A stretch of DNA of 64,000 nt from a virus (taxonomy: Duplodnaviria; Heunggongvirae; Uroviricota; Caudoviricetes; Demerecviridae). Location of the stretch: IMG/VR virus record IMGVR_UViG_651703040_000001, one strand, 5' to 3'. The notes below the pieces were generated by a model. It was not told the origin of the DNA, searched no databases, and worked only from the letters and a program-made list of their open reading frames with translations. Within the stretch, counting starts at the first letter, position 1, and the number at the start of each line of letters is the position of its first letter. Below, piece after piece: positions 27,216 through 35,304 of this stretch. Position numbers and translations under genes: made by a program.

Positions 27216-27503
27216 CTAAGCAACTACATTTTTTAAGAATTTGATGCCTTTCTTTTTCTTCTTATATTTCCACGTTAAGGGATTCTGTCGATTATGAACG
27301 CTTGAGATCTTTGTCTCGTCAAAGTTCTTCAATATCATATAATCACAAGATAATTGTTCTAATGGAATGTGATCACCGTCAAAAGCATATACATAAGGCT
27401 GTTGACTAGCACGATAATGATAGACTTTGTTAATTCTACGTTTCAGCGACTTATGCGCGCAGTAAATAAAGAAGTTTTCAGGATGCATTAGCAGCTCCTT
27501 CAA
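27216..27503 (-). CDS. hypothetical basic protein (95 aa)
   Basis: ORF. Confidence 0.45.
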   Translation of the reverse strand: MKELLMHPENFFIYCAHKSLKRRINKVYHYRASQQPYVYAFDGDHIPLEQLSCDYMILKNFDETKISSVHNRQNPLTWKYKKKKKGIKFLKNVVA

Positions 27504-27505
27504 AT

Positions 27506-27580
27506 TGGTGCACCCTGTTCGAATCGAACGAACCTCTCAAGCTCTTCAGGCAAGCGCTAATCCATCTCAGCTAAAGGTGC
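27506..27580 (-). tRNA. tRNA-Phe (GAA), possibly defective
   Basis: Acceptor GCACCTT/AGGGTGC and T-arm GTTCG-TTCGATT-CGAAC are good. The anticodon loop CTGAAGA is flanked by a stem with two T-T mismatches. Confidence 0.45.
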
Positions 27581-27586
27581 AGATTT

Positions 27587-27657
27587 TGGCAGGGGTAAAG
27601 GTATTCGAAACCTTTTCATGGGTTTTGGAGGCCCATTTGCAACCTATGCGTACCCCA
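27587..27657 (-). tRNA. tRNA-Trp (CCA), short (71 nt)
   Basis: Acceptor and 3' end closely resemble E. coli tRNA-Trp. Anticodon loop CTCCAAA. Positions 1 and 72 are unpaired. Confidence 0.55.
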
Positions 27658-27666
27658 ATTATTAAT

Positions 27667-27741
27667 TGGCACACCCAACGAGGATCGAACTCGTGTTCCC
27701 ACTGTGAAAGAGTGGTGTCCTAACCACTAGACGATAGGTGC
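27667..27741 (-). tRNA. tRNA-Glu (TTC)
   Basis: D-loop GTCTAGTGGTTAGGAC and anticodon loop CTTTCAC, both as in E. coli tRNA-Glu. Confidence 0.65.
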
Positions 27742-27748
27742 ATTAAAT

Positions 27749-27836
27749 TGGTGGGCGTTAATGGAGTCGAACCACTCGAGTCGCAATGACTAGGGATTTA
27801 CAATCCCCTCCGCTACCACTTACGGAATAAACGCCC
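27749..27836 (-). tRNA. tRNA-Tyr (GTA)
   Basis: Class II tRNA. Acceptor GGGCGTT/AACGCCC, anticodon loop TTGTAAA. Confidence 0.7.
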
Positions 27837-28034
27837 AAATTCTCTTTAAGGTAGCCAGTGTTACCGCACTGACTAGGAGTTATTGGTAAAATGGTGGGGG
27901 CCATCTGCCAAAAATTTACTCTGCTAAAGTAAGAACTACCTTAAAAAGAACTTTTCAAATTAGGAAACTATTATATCAAGTTTTAAGGCACTGAGCAAGT
28001 CAGATTTTAAAGAACTTGCTCAGTGCTGTATTAG

Positions 28035-28310
28035 TTAGTCGAACTTAGGAGTGACATTTAAGGAGAACGGAAGTTCGAAAACTTCTTCACCCTCATCACT
28101 AACAGTAATTACACGACCTTTAAGTTCAGACATTGAAATATCAATATCAGCTCTTGCATCTGGAGCCATGCCAGCTTCAACACATTTAGCTTTAATTTCC
28201 GGCAAAAGTTCTACATCATAGAAATAAAGCCATTCAATCTCACCTTCCCAGCCTTTCCAGGATTTACAGATTGCACTTTCAATACCAGTTGCTATAGCAC
28301 TATTTTGCAT
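28035..28310 (-). CDS. hypothetical protein (91 aa)
   Basis: ORF. Promoter module at 28311-28380. Confidence 0.5.
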   Translation of the reverse strand: MQNSAIATGIESAICKSWKGWEGEIEWLYFYDVELLPEIKAKCVEAGMAPDARADIDISMSELKGRVITVSDEGEEVFELPFSLNVTPKFD

Positions 28311-28400
28311 TCGTTAACTCCTTCATCAATTTATATAACTATTATACCAGAAATTTAAAGCAAAAGGCAAGTACATTTTTAAAAATTCTGTTTGGAGGAG

Positions 28401-28607
28401 CTAAACTCCAGATTCTTCAGCCAAGTCTAGACTAATAAGAGATATAGCCATAATTGCCGCTCCATGCTCTTTTTCTCCAGTCTCTTTAGCTAGAGTTATA
28501 ATGTCAAGAAATTGCTTATGAAAATCTGCAACCTCTTGAGTTATACCTGCCTCAGCAATCATGCCTTTAAGCATGAAACGTTGTGCTGTAATTTCAGGAT
28601 TAGCCAT
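28401..28607 (-). CDS. hypothetical protein (68 aa)
   Basis: ORF. Confidence 0.4.
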   Translation of the reverse strand: MANPEITAQRFMLKGMIAEAGITQEVADFHKQFLDIITLAKETGEKEHGAAIMAISLISLDLAEESGV

Positions 28608-28781
28608 GTTGTTTCTCCAGTTTCATCTTTAATAGTCTACAAATAAAATCAATATCTTCATCCGTGCCTAGATCTCTGTCTTCAAGAGTTGCCTTGAAGT
28701 TTTTAGTCAATTCCATAAGGATGACTTCCCTAGAACGACGTGTTGGCGGAGGTGGATGTCTATACATCTTATTTCCTTAGT

Positions 28782-28859
28782 TTGGTGGCTCCCCGAGGAT
28801 TCGAACCTACGTACCTTCCGGTTATGAGCCGGGTGCTCATACCATATGAGCTTGAGAAC
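28782..28859 (-). tRNA. tRNA with CAT anticodon (third copy), imperfect T-stem
   Basis: Anticodon arm CCGG-CTCATAA-CCGG. The acceptor has two GU pairs. The T-stem has only 3 clean base pairs. Confidence 0.5.
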
Positions 28860-28865
28860 CAAAAT

Positions 28866-28954
28866 CTGGCGGAAGAAGTGGGAATCGAACCCACAAGGCT
28901 ATATTTCAAACCGACAGATTAGCAATCTGCTGCAATACCGTTATGCTATTCTTC
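28866..28954 (-). tRNA. tRNA-Ser (GCT)
   Basis: Class II tRNA. Acceptor GGAAGAA/TTCTTCC, anticodon loop TTGCTAA. Confidence 0.7.
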
Positions 28955-28960
28955 CGAATT

Positions 28961-29015
28961 TATAAGATATATTATATTAGAAATTTAGCTTCATAGCAAG
29001 AAAATTTTTCAAGTT
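28961..29015 (-). promoter_or_regulatory. early promoter module driving the distal tRNA pair
   Basis: Minus sense: TTGCTATGAAGC...TATAAT...CTTATAAAT. Confidence 0.55.
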
Positions 29016-29546
29016 TTCGGTAGACATCTCATCCACATCTACGGGAGAAACAAAGCCGTTCAATTTTCTAGCAAATTTTTCACCTGCAGGATCATTATCC
29101 CCGACAGCTACCAATTTAAAAGGTAATAATTTCAGTTGCTTTAATAACGCTTTTCCTGGAGAAGAACCCAACATTGCTAGGGCTGGATAACCAGCGTTAT
29201 GTAACGCAACTGCCTTAAATACAGATTCAGCAATCAATACTACTTTTTCATCTCCATTGAGAGTTTCTAGTCCCCATACACACTGGGTAGTAGAATACGT
29301 AAAATACTTAGCTTCAAAGGGGCACTTACCATGACCTTTTGGAGCAGAAGGATTATACGTTTGATAGCCTCTCAACATTCCAGAGAAGTCATACAATGGG
29401 ACTGTTAGCCACCCTTCTGGGCTTAACCAGCAATGATATTTATCTGTATCAAATCCTCTAGATAAGAGGTGCTGTGTTAGTTCATCAACATTCATATTTG
29501 GTTCCTCTCTCAAATTTATAGATATATTATACAGAGAATTTAGCAT
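28977..29546 (-). CDS. Toprim-domain protein (189 aa as the track ORF; probably starts at 29495)
   Basis: IAESVFKAVALHNAG (conserved E) and VAVGDNDPAGEKFARKL (DxD), which together make a Toprim fold. Promoter module at 29515-29580. Confidence 0.55.
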   Translation of the reverse strand: MLNSLYNISINLREEPNMNVDELTQHLLSRGFDTDKYHCWLSPEGWLTVPLYDFSGMLRGYQTYNPSAPKGHGKCPFEAKYFTYSTTQCVWGLETLNGDEKVVLIAESVFKAVALHNAGYPALAMLGSSPGKALLKQLKLLPFKLVAVGDNDPAGEKFARKLNGFVSPVDVDEMSTENLKNFLAMKLNF

Positions 29547-29669
29547 TCAAGCAATCAAATTTTTTAACTTTTTATAGGAAAATCATAGGGCACTTAAGGG
29601 TAGCAGATAAGTGGTGAGGACCAAAATTTGTGACCCCACTAAAAATCCGGGGGCAATTTTTAAAGACCC

Positions 29670-29752
29670 CTTGACATTTTCGCTGGGGTAGTGTAAAGTG
29701 TATGTTATGGATGAGTGATCAAAGAGACACACATTTTTCTATATACTAGGAG
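29670..29752 (+). promoter_or_regulatory. sigma70-consensus-like promoter (TTGACA -35) for the plus-strand island
   Basis: TTGACA at 29683-29688. 17-nt spacer. TAAAGT/TAGTGT as -10 candidates. Unlike the TTGCTa early module. Confidence 0.5.
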
Positions 29753-29761
29753 GTGTCAAAA

Positions 29762-30751
29762 ATGACAGAAGAAGTAGCTAAGAGTCCTGAGACCGTCGCT
29801 AGCGTTGCAGCAGAACTGCACCGTCACGAGGAATCAGATAAGAAAAAGTGGGAGAAGGTCAGAGCCTACGAAGAGAAACATCGTGAACACGATGAAGATG
29901 ATGAAGAAGATGATGATGAACATTGTCATAAAAATGGAAAACATAAAATGCAAGAACCAGTAAACGTATTCACTAGTGGCTTCCCTGGCCTACTGGGTGG
30001 TTACCCAGCAAACGCAAGTGCTTTCGGTGGTGAAGGTATGGGACTATTCGGAGCTATCCTAATCGGTGCTCTATTAACGGGCGGATTCGGTGGTTTCGGT
30101 GGATTCGGCGGACGTGGTGTAGTTGGTGATGGTACTGCAGTTGATGCAGTACTTCAGAACCAAGATACCGCTAGTATTCTAGCAGCTATTAACACTACTC
30201 GTACAGAAGCTAATCAGGGTACTGGAGCTGTTTTAAGCGCAGTTAACAATGGTTTTAGCCAGACATCCCAAAACCAGAGCCGTGATACTCAGTCTGTACT
30301 AACTACGATCTATGGTACAGGTGCTAATCTGTCTAATCAGATCTGCCAGGAAACTCGCAACGTTATTCAGGGTCAGTTCGATCTTTCTCGCCAGATTGAT
30401 CAATCTTTCGCAGCTAACCAGATAGCTCGTGCACAAGATAAGTTTGATTCTGCACAGATCGCTTTCCAGCAGACTTTACAAACTAATAACCAGTTTGCCG
30501 CTGTTCAGGCTCAGATGTGTGCTAACCAGAACTCTCTGGAACGTCAGATCGCTGAATGTTGCTGTGAACTTCAGACTGCGATCGCGGGTGTAACTACTGC
30601 GCGTATCCAGGATGAGTTAGACGCGTGTCGCCTACGTGAAGCAATCGCTGCGGGTAGCGGTGCTAACGGTCAGGTAATTAATCAAATCGCTTTAAGTCTT
30701 GGTACTATCACTCAGACTCTGGCTGGTCTGCAGGCTAAACTGCCGGCTTAA
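29762..30751 (+). CDS. low-complexity membrane protein (about 330 aa)
   Basis: Strong SD TAGGAGGTG. N-terminal His-rich acidic segment, a glycine-zipper hydrophobic stretch (GFGGFGGFGG), and a Q/N/S/T-rich tail with a CCC cluster. Codons are high-expression-like. Confidence 0.7.
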   Translation: MTEEVAKSPETVASVAAELHRHEESDKKKWEKVRAYEEKHREHDEDDEEDDDEHCHKNGKHKMQEPVNVFTSGFPGLLGGYPANASAFGGEGMGLFGAILIGALLTGGFGGFGGFGGRGVVGDGTAVDAVLQNQDTASILAAINTTRTEANQGTGAVLSAVNNGFSQTSQNQSRDTQSVLTTIYGTGANLSNQICQETRNVIQGQFDLSRQIDQSFAANQIARAQDKFDSAQIAFQQTLQTNNQFAAVQAQMCANQNSLERQIAECCCELQTAIAGVTTARIQDELDACRLREAIAAGSGANGQVINQIALSLGTITQTLAGLQAKLPA

Positions 30752-30772
30752 TATTAAGGGGAGGAGCCCATT

Positions 30773-31192
30773 ATGAGTAAATATGGTTTTGTAAATAACG
30801 GACTTAATCAAAGTATGGGCTCCCAGCAGCCCGTTCCGGGTCTGGATAACCCCTACTTACAACAGTTGCAACAGCGTTTAGCAGAAGCGCAACAGATGCA
30901 GCAACAACTCCAGCAAAACCCTGGAAGTGTGAGTCCTATGCAAATGATGCAGCAAATGAGCGGGCAGTCGCAAATGCCTCAACAAACGCAGCAACAGATG
31001 CCGCAGCAGCAGCAAGTTCAGCAACAAACCCAACAACCGCAGGTTTCTGCGGAAGGACAGGCAGTACTAGCCCTTTTCGAAGACTTCGCAAAGACAGAGG
31101 ATGGGAAGCAGCTTGTATCACTTATGGGTAAGTTTAATAGCTTCTGCCAAAGCCAAATTGCAAAAGCTCAAAATAGTGGTAATAACTCCTAA
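30773..31192 (+). CDS. Gln-rich (prion-like) protein (139 aa)
   Basis: SD GGGGAGGAG. The Q-rich region spans about 60 residues. The C-terminal part looks folded. Confidence 0.65.
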   Translation: MSKYGFVNNGLNQSMGSQQPVPGLDNPYLQQLQQRLAEAQQMQQQLQQNPGSVSPMQMMQQMSGQSQMPQQTQQQMPQQQQVQQQTQQPQVSAEGQAVLALFEDFAKTEDGKQLVSLMGKFNSFCQSQIAKAQNSGNNS

Positions 31193-31201
31193 GGAGGAAT
31201 T

Positions 31202-31396
31202 ATGTGTTGCAGAAAATCTGTTTCGTGCTGCCCAATGCCTGTAGCACGTTGTTGCTCTCCAGCAATGTTTACGCAAATACCGGCGTTCAATCCGTTTGCC
31301 TTTAAGCCTACTCTTATCCTGCCCCCTAGAGTAGATTTTCAGTCAAGATTGGCCTCCCGTATGGGTGGTTGCTGTAACAAGAGTATATGGTTCTAA
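31202..31396 (+). CDS. Cys-pair-rich small protein (64 aa)
   Basis: SD AAGGAGGA. Four CC doublets (MCC..SCC..RCC..GCC). Terminators follow at 31412-31445 and 31456-31492. Confidence 0.55.
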   Translation: MCCRKSVSCCPMPVARCCSPAMFTQIPAFNPFAFKPTLILPPRVDFQSRLASRMGGCCNKSIWF

Positions 31397-31411
31397 AGAA
31401 CCAAACAATAA

Positions 31412-31492
31412 AGCCCCTAGTCGAAAGACTTAGGGGCTTTTTCTTTTGCCTTAAATACAGAAAAGCCCGCGCTCTCGGAGAAAACGCGGGCT
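31412..31492. terminator. pair of GC hairpins between convergent genes (bidirectional terminator)
   Basis: AAGCCCCTAG...CTTAGGGGCTTTTTC and AAAAGCCCGCGCTCTCGGAGAAAACGCGGGCTT. Confidence 0.7.
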
Positions 31493-31516
31493 TGGTTCGA
31501 AGATTACGTGTAACTA

Positions 31517-32464
31517 TTACTTGTTACGCATATCCATAATCATTTGGCCATCGTAGCCAGTGCCAACCACAGTCTGCGGAACACCACCTTGATACTTCTG
31601 AGCACGAATCATTTCAACTTCCAGTTGCTTCCAGCGAATCATCTCAGGAGTAATGGTACGTTGTAATGCGGCGTTAGCTTCAGCTTCTTTCTTAGCTGCA
31701 TACAGTTTAGCATCAGCGTCACGTTCATTGGCAATAGCTTGGTTGTTGCGAGCTTCACGATCTGCTTCTGCTTGTTTAACTTTCTGCTGAGCTTCTTGTT
31801 CAACACGAGCCAGTTCAGCTTTAGCAGCATTAACCTGTTCTTCACGAACTTTTGTATTCTGTACCTGTTCCATGATTACCGGTGGCAAAGTAATATCCTG
31901 AAGGAACACCTGCTTAACTGTGTAACCATATGGGCGTGCATACTCTTCAACTTCCTGTTGAATTGCAGTTTGCAATTGAGCCTGAATTTTAGCATCAAAC
32001 AAATCTTGTGCTTTAGGTACAGACTTACCAAACTCACGAATAGTAGACAGTAATTTTTCAGTTACATATTTGTCTAACGCTTGATCCTGAGTACCTGCGT
32101 TAATACGGTTAATCGGTGCCTTAGAACCATCAAACTGCAACATAACAGTCAGGTCAACAGTGGATTTAAACTTATCCTGACTAGGAACCTGAAGTTTATC
32201 TAATTTTAGAGCAATATCTTTAGTACTAAAAGTATCGAAAGAAGCGAAAGGATTTACAATATGAAAGCCGGGTAATACTGGGCTAGGGTCAACTTTACCC
32301 AGGAAAGTCTGGGTTTTAACAGTACCGTCTTGAACAACAGTATAAGAGTTAAGGGCCAGAACTAAACCTACCAAACCAACTGCAGCACCAATCCCCCAAC
32401 GTTTAATAGTACGAATTACTTTCTGCTCAGAAGTCAGTTCTTTCATATTTTTAGTATTAAACAT
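31517..32464 (-). CDS. SPFH/band-7 (HflC/HflK-like) membrane protein (315 aa)
   Basis: N-terminal TM helix, an SPFH core, and a long A/E/Q-rich coiled-coil C-terminus, matching the HflK/C architecture. Confidence 0.7.
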   Translation of the reverse strand: MFNTKNMKELTSEQKVIRTIKRWGIGAAVGLVGLVLALNSYTVVQDGTVKTQTFLGKVDPSPVLPGFHIVNPFASFDTFSTKDIALKLDKLQVPSQDKFKSTVDLTVMLQFDGSKAPINRINAGTQDQALDKYVTEKLLSTIREFGKSVPKAQDLFDAKIQAQLQTAIQQEVEEYARPYGYTVKQVFLQDITLPPVIMEQVQNTKVREEQVNAAKAELARVEQEAQQKVKQAEADREARNNQAIANERDADAKLYAAKKEAEANAALQRTITPEMIRWKQLEVEMIRAQKYQGGVPQTVVGTGYDGQMIMDMRNK

Positions 32465-32498
32465 ATATTTCCTTTGTTTTAGTTACAGTTAATAAAAT

Positions 32499-32573
32499 TG
32501 GCCGAGGTGACAGGATTCGAACCTGCATAAAGGAATTTAGAAGACTCCTGCCTCTCCCTTAGACTACACCCCG
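32499..32573 (-). tRNA. tRNA-Arg (TCT)
   Basis: Acceptor CGGGGTG/CACCTCG. T-arm GCAGG-TTCGAAT-CCTGT. Anticodon arm GGAGT-CTTCTAA-ATTCC. Confidence 0.65.
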
Positions 32574-33074
32574 TTTAAGTATTTTTAAGAACTCTCGTAA
32601 AAACTCTTAAAAATACAGACGATACCGGGAGAGTCATAAGTCTCACTCATTAAGTATTTCAAGACAAAATACGGTAACGTCTATTATTTTCCAGTTTAAG
32701 TCAGGGTGACTTAGTGGTTATGTCCTGCGGTATATTGAGGACTCGGTTAGGCTTGGGGTCATGACTTCCCGCCTTTTGCTGCTACTCAACAGGAATTATC
32801 GCGAATTACCTGTGCTATTGTGCACCATTAGTGACATCTCTCATGTCAGCATTTCCCACTTTGTGGATAGCTTGAAAAACTACTCCGATATGGAGAAAGA
32901 ACTTCACTATCCTAGAATACCTTCTAAAGTTCTTCTTTAGCCTGGACATAGTTAAATCGTAATAAAACTATTCAGCAGACTGGTTGGTTAGTCTGGAACC
33001 AACTACCGCGTGGTTTAGGCAGTGCGCAACTAACCTCGGAAGCTTTTACGTTAAAAGCATCAGTTATCCAGTTC

Positions 33075-33150
33075 TTACCGACCGTAGGATTCGAACCTAC
33101 ATCTTCCACCAGTTACGGCTTGATAATACCAATTATACTAGGACGGCAGT
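33075..33150 (-). ncRNA. tRNA-like element
   Basis: T-arm GTAGG-TTCGAAT-CCTAC and a plausible acceptor GCCGTCC/GGTCGGT, but no clean anticodon stem and no CCA. Confidence 0.3.
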
Positions 33151-33356
33151 GTTACTACATAAGTGATTTCCACACCCCACTATTTATAAATTAGAGAAGA
33201 GTTTAGGGGAGAGGTTTCAGACGCCTCATTTTACACGTTCTAGCCACTAACCGGGATTGCCGCCCCCTGTGTGCTAGTTTTACAACTAACCCACCGACTC
33301 TATTCAATGCGCTCCGGTTGGGATTCTGCATTCAGCGTAATCGGCCCGCTGTTCCC

Positions 33357-33415
33357 TAATTTATGAATATATTATACAGAATTTAAAGGCATTTAGCAAA
33401 TAAATTTTTAATTAA
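33357..33415 (-). promoter_or_regulatory. early promoter module in front of an ~800-bp non-coding stretch
   Basis: Minus sense: TTTGCTAAATGCC...TGTATAATATATTCATAAATTAGG. No ORF follows before tRNA-Arg. Confidence 0.55.
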
Positions 33416-33851
33416 ATTCGCCAGCAATCTGAGCAGCAGTACCACCATCATAACGCCCAGGAAATTCTTCCTTAATCGCTTTCATCAGCATACCTTTTGT
33501 AATTCCAGGGTTTAGCTTAACTAATTCTGCAAAGTATTTACGAATCTCAGTATCAGATAACTGAGGTGGCAGATACTCCTGCAACCACTTATTTAGAATG
33601 TATTCATATTGAGCAGACTGCAAACTATAACTATCAAGATCTTGACCATGAAGTTTAGCTTTCATCTGGTTAATGCTTTTTAGTTGAGCTTTGAGATAAG
33701 ACACAAATTGTTCAGAAGTGATGAAATCTTTATCAATACGCTGAAGATCCCCAATTATGGTCTGATAGCTTTTAGCGACTTCTTTATCAGAACCATTAAA
33801 CTTAGAATCCTGCAAAGCTCTGCGCAAAACATCTAAAATATTCTCTTCCAT
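33408..33851 (-). CDS. GatB/YqeY-domain protein (147 aa)
   Basis: The C-terminal half (YLPPQLSDTEIRKYF...GMLMKAIKEEFPGRYDGGTAAQIAGE) aligns, from memory, with E. coli YqeY. Confidence 0.65.
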   Translation of the reverse strand: MEENILDVLRRALQDSKFNGSDKEVAKSYQTIIGDLQRIDKDFITSEQFVSYLKAQLKSINQMKAKLHGQDLDSYSLQSAQYEYILNKWLQEYLPPQLSDTEIRKYFAELVKLNPGITKGMLMKAIKEEFPGRYDGGTAAQIAGEFN

Positions 33852-34025
33852 TATTTCATTCCTAACGCCTGGTTAAAAGATTGTTCTGTCATAACTGCTG
33901 AGACTTTGGCGAAATCAAACTTTTTAGGGTTCGTAGTGATTTCAGCAACGTTAGAAGTTTTAACAGTTTTCGTAGTACGAATACCGCGGGTGTTAACACC
34001 AATAATTACAACTGATTTCATATTT
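33852..34025 (-). CDS. small hypothetical protein (57 aa)
   Basis: Not in the track. ATG preceded by a GAGAGGAAGCG SD. Promoter module at 34026-34090. Confidence 0.4.
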
Positions 34026-34089
34026 CGCTTCCTCTCATTAATTTATGGAAGTATTATACGGAAATTTAAGTATTTAAGCAAGTAAATTT

Positions 34090-34557
34090 TTAAGTTTTAG
34101 TGACAACAGGTTTATAGAATGTATGTCCCTTAATCTTAGTTGTTTTCTTAAATTTCTTTGTCCAGTAAGGTTTATCTTTACCACTATGGAAGTATAGTGC
34201 TCCATATGTAGGATCTTGTGGTAAATCAACGTAGTATATCACTCTAGCTAAATTCTTAGCGGTTTGCCAAGCCTCATCAGTTTTATCAACTTTTGGTCTC
34301 TTAGATACCCAAGAGAACTGGTTAGACTGATATACTACTTTACAGTAGGAATCTGGGAATTTACCGGAGTTTACACGGTTTTTAGTAACATGTGCAATCG
34401 CCGTCATTCCCTTTATGCCCTCACCACGACTCTCGAAATAGATATTTTTAGCAATGCAATCTATTTCTTTTGCATCGTGCGATGCCTGACTACTAAAGCT
34501 GAAGGTAAGGGCAGCTACTAAAAGCAAAGCTGCCTTCATTCTTTTTACTCCTGCCAA
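34090..34557 (-). CDS. secreted SleB-like cell-wall hydrolase (155 aa)
   Basis: Signal peptide plus an SleB/Hydrolase_2-like domain. Confidence 0.6.
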   Translation of the reverse strand: MAGVKRMKAALLLVAALTFSFSSQASHDAKEIDCIAKNIYFESRGEGIKGMTAIAHVTKNRVNSGKFPDSYCKVVYQSNQFSWVSKRPKVDKTDEAWQTAKNLARVIYYVDLPQDPTYGALYFHSGKDKPYWTKKFKKTTKIKGHTFYKPVVTKT

Positions 34558-34862
34558 TCATATTCAACACGATTGGGATTTTCTTTATACCCTAAGTCAA
34601 GCAAATCATTACGCATATTTTGCTTAGCTACTGGGTTCGAGGTTACTAGTACCACTTTCTTTGGTCTCTGCCCAAATTCTAAGAGTAAACGAAGAATTTG
34701 ATAACCTTCCATACCATCTACAGCCAAGTCATTATCCATATAAACGAAGTGGCCGGTGGTATCAGTTTTATTCAGAAACTCTACAGCGGCTTCTGGGGTT
34801 CGAATGATAATGTCCATTCCGTGAAGATTACGCACATCATCAATCAAAATATGAAAAGTCAT
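34545..34862 (-). CDS. receiver(REC)-like small protein (105 aa)
   Basis: ILIDDV...DNDLAVDGMEGYQIL...VVLVTSN layout, resembling a CheY-like fold. Confidence 0.4.
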   Translation of the reverse strand: MTFHILIDDVRNLHGMDIIIRTPEAAVEFLNKTDTTGHFVYMDNDLAVDGMEGYQILRLLLEFGQRPKKVVLVTSNPVAKQNMRNDLLDLGYKENPNRVEYDWQE

Positions 34863-35304
34863 AATAGCCTCGTTTCATCAATTTAAAAATATATTATACA
34901 TATAATTTAGTAGATTAGCAAATACATTTTTAAATTGTGAAACTAGTAAACCGATAAACAGCCTAGAGGCGCCACAGGCCATATCTTATGAGCCATGTAC
35001 CTTTGATCTAGGGTTTGAATCATCAACGAATACTTTGCATCTTTTAGCTTTAGAAGTTTAGAAGTTTGAGTCCTTTAAACTTTTCAGCTTTCATACTTAA
35101 ATGTTGATCTTTGAAGTTGTGTCGGTAATATCAACGACGCTTTGTTCTTACGTGTCAGCTTAAAAGGCTGGTGTAATAAACATAATCTCCAATAGATTAT
35201 ACTTTATAGTATGGTCAGCGGTCCTATTTAACCTCGTATTTCAACCGCTGCTGCGAGGTAAGATGCTTGGGCTTTCGTCTACCGATTTACTAGCTTTTAA
35301 ATTA

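Noticed and set aside
30936-31121. Minus-strand 61-aa ORF inside the Gln-rich gene
   Set aside because: It is antisense to a CAG/CAA-rich coding sequence (which gives poly-Ala/Leu), and is an artefact of low-complexity sequence.
31639-32053. Two ORFs (68 and 104 aa) overlapping the SPFH gene
   Set aside because: They are alternative-frame or antisense reads of the Lys/Gln/Ala-rich coiled-coil region of the SPFH protein.
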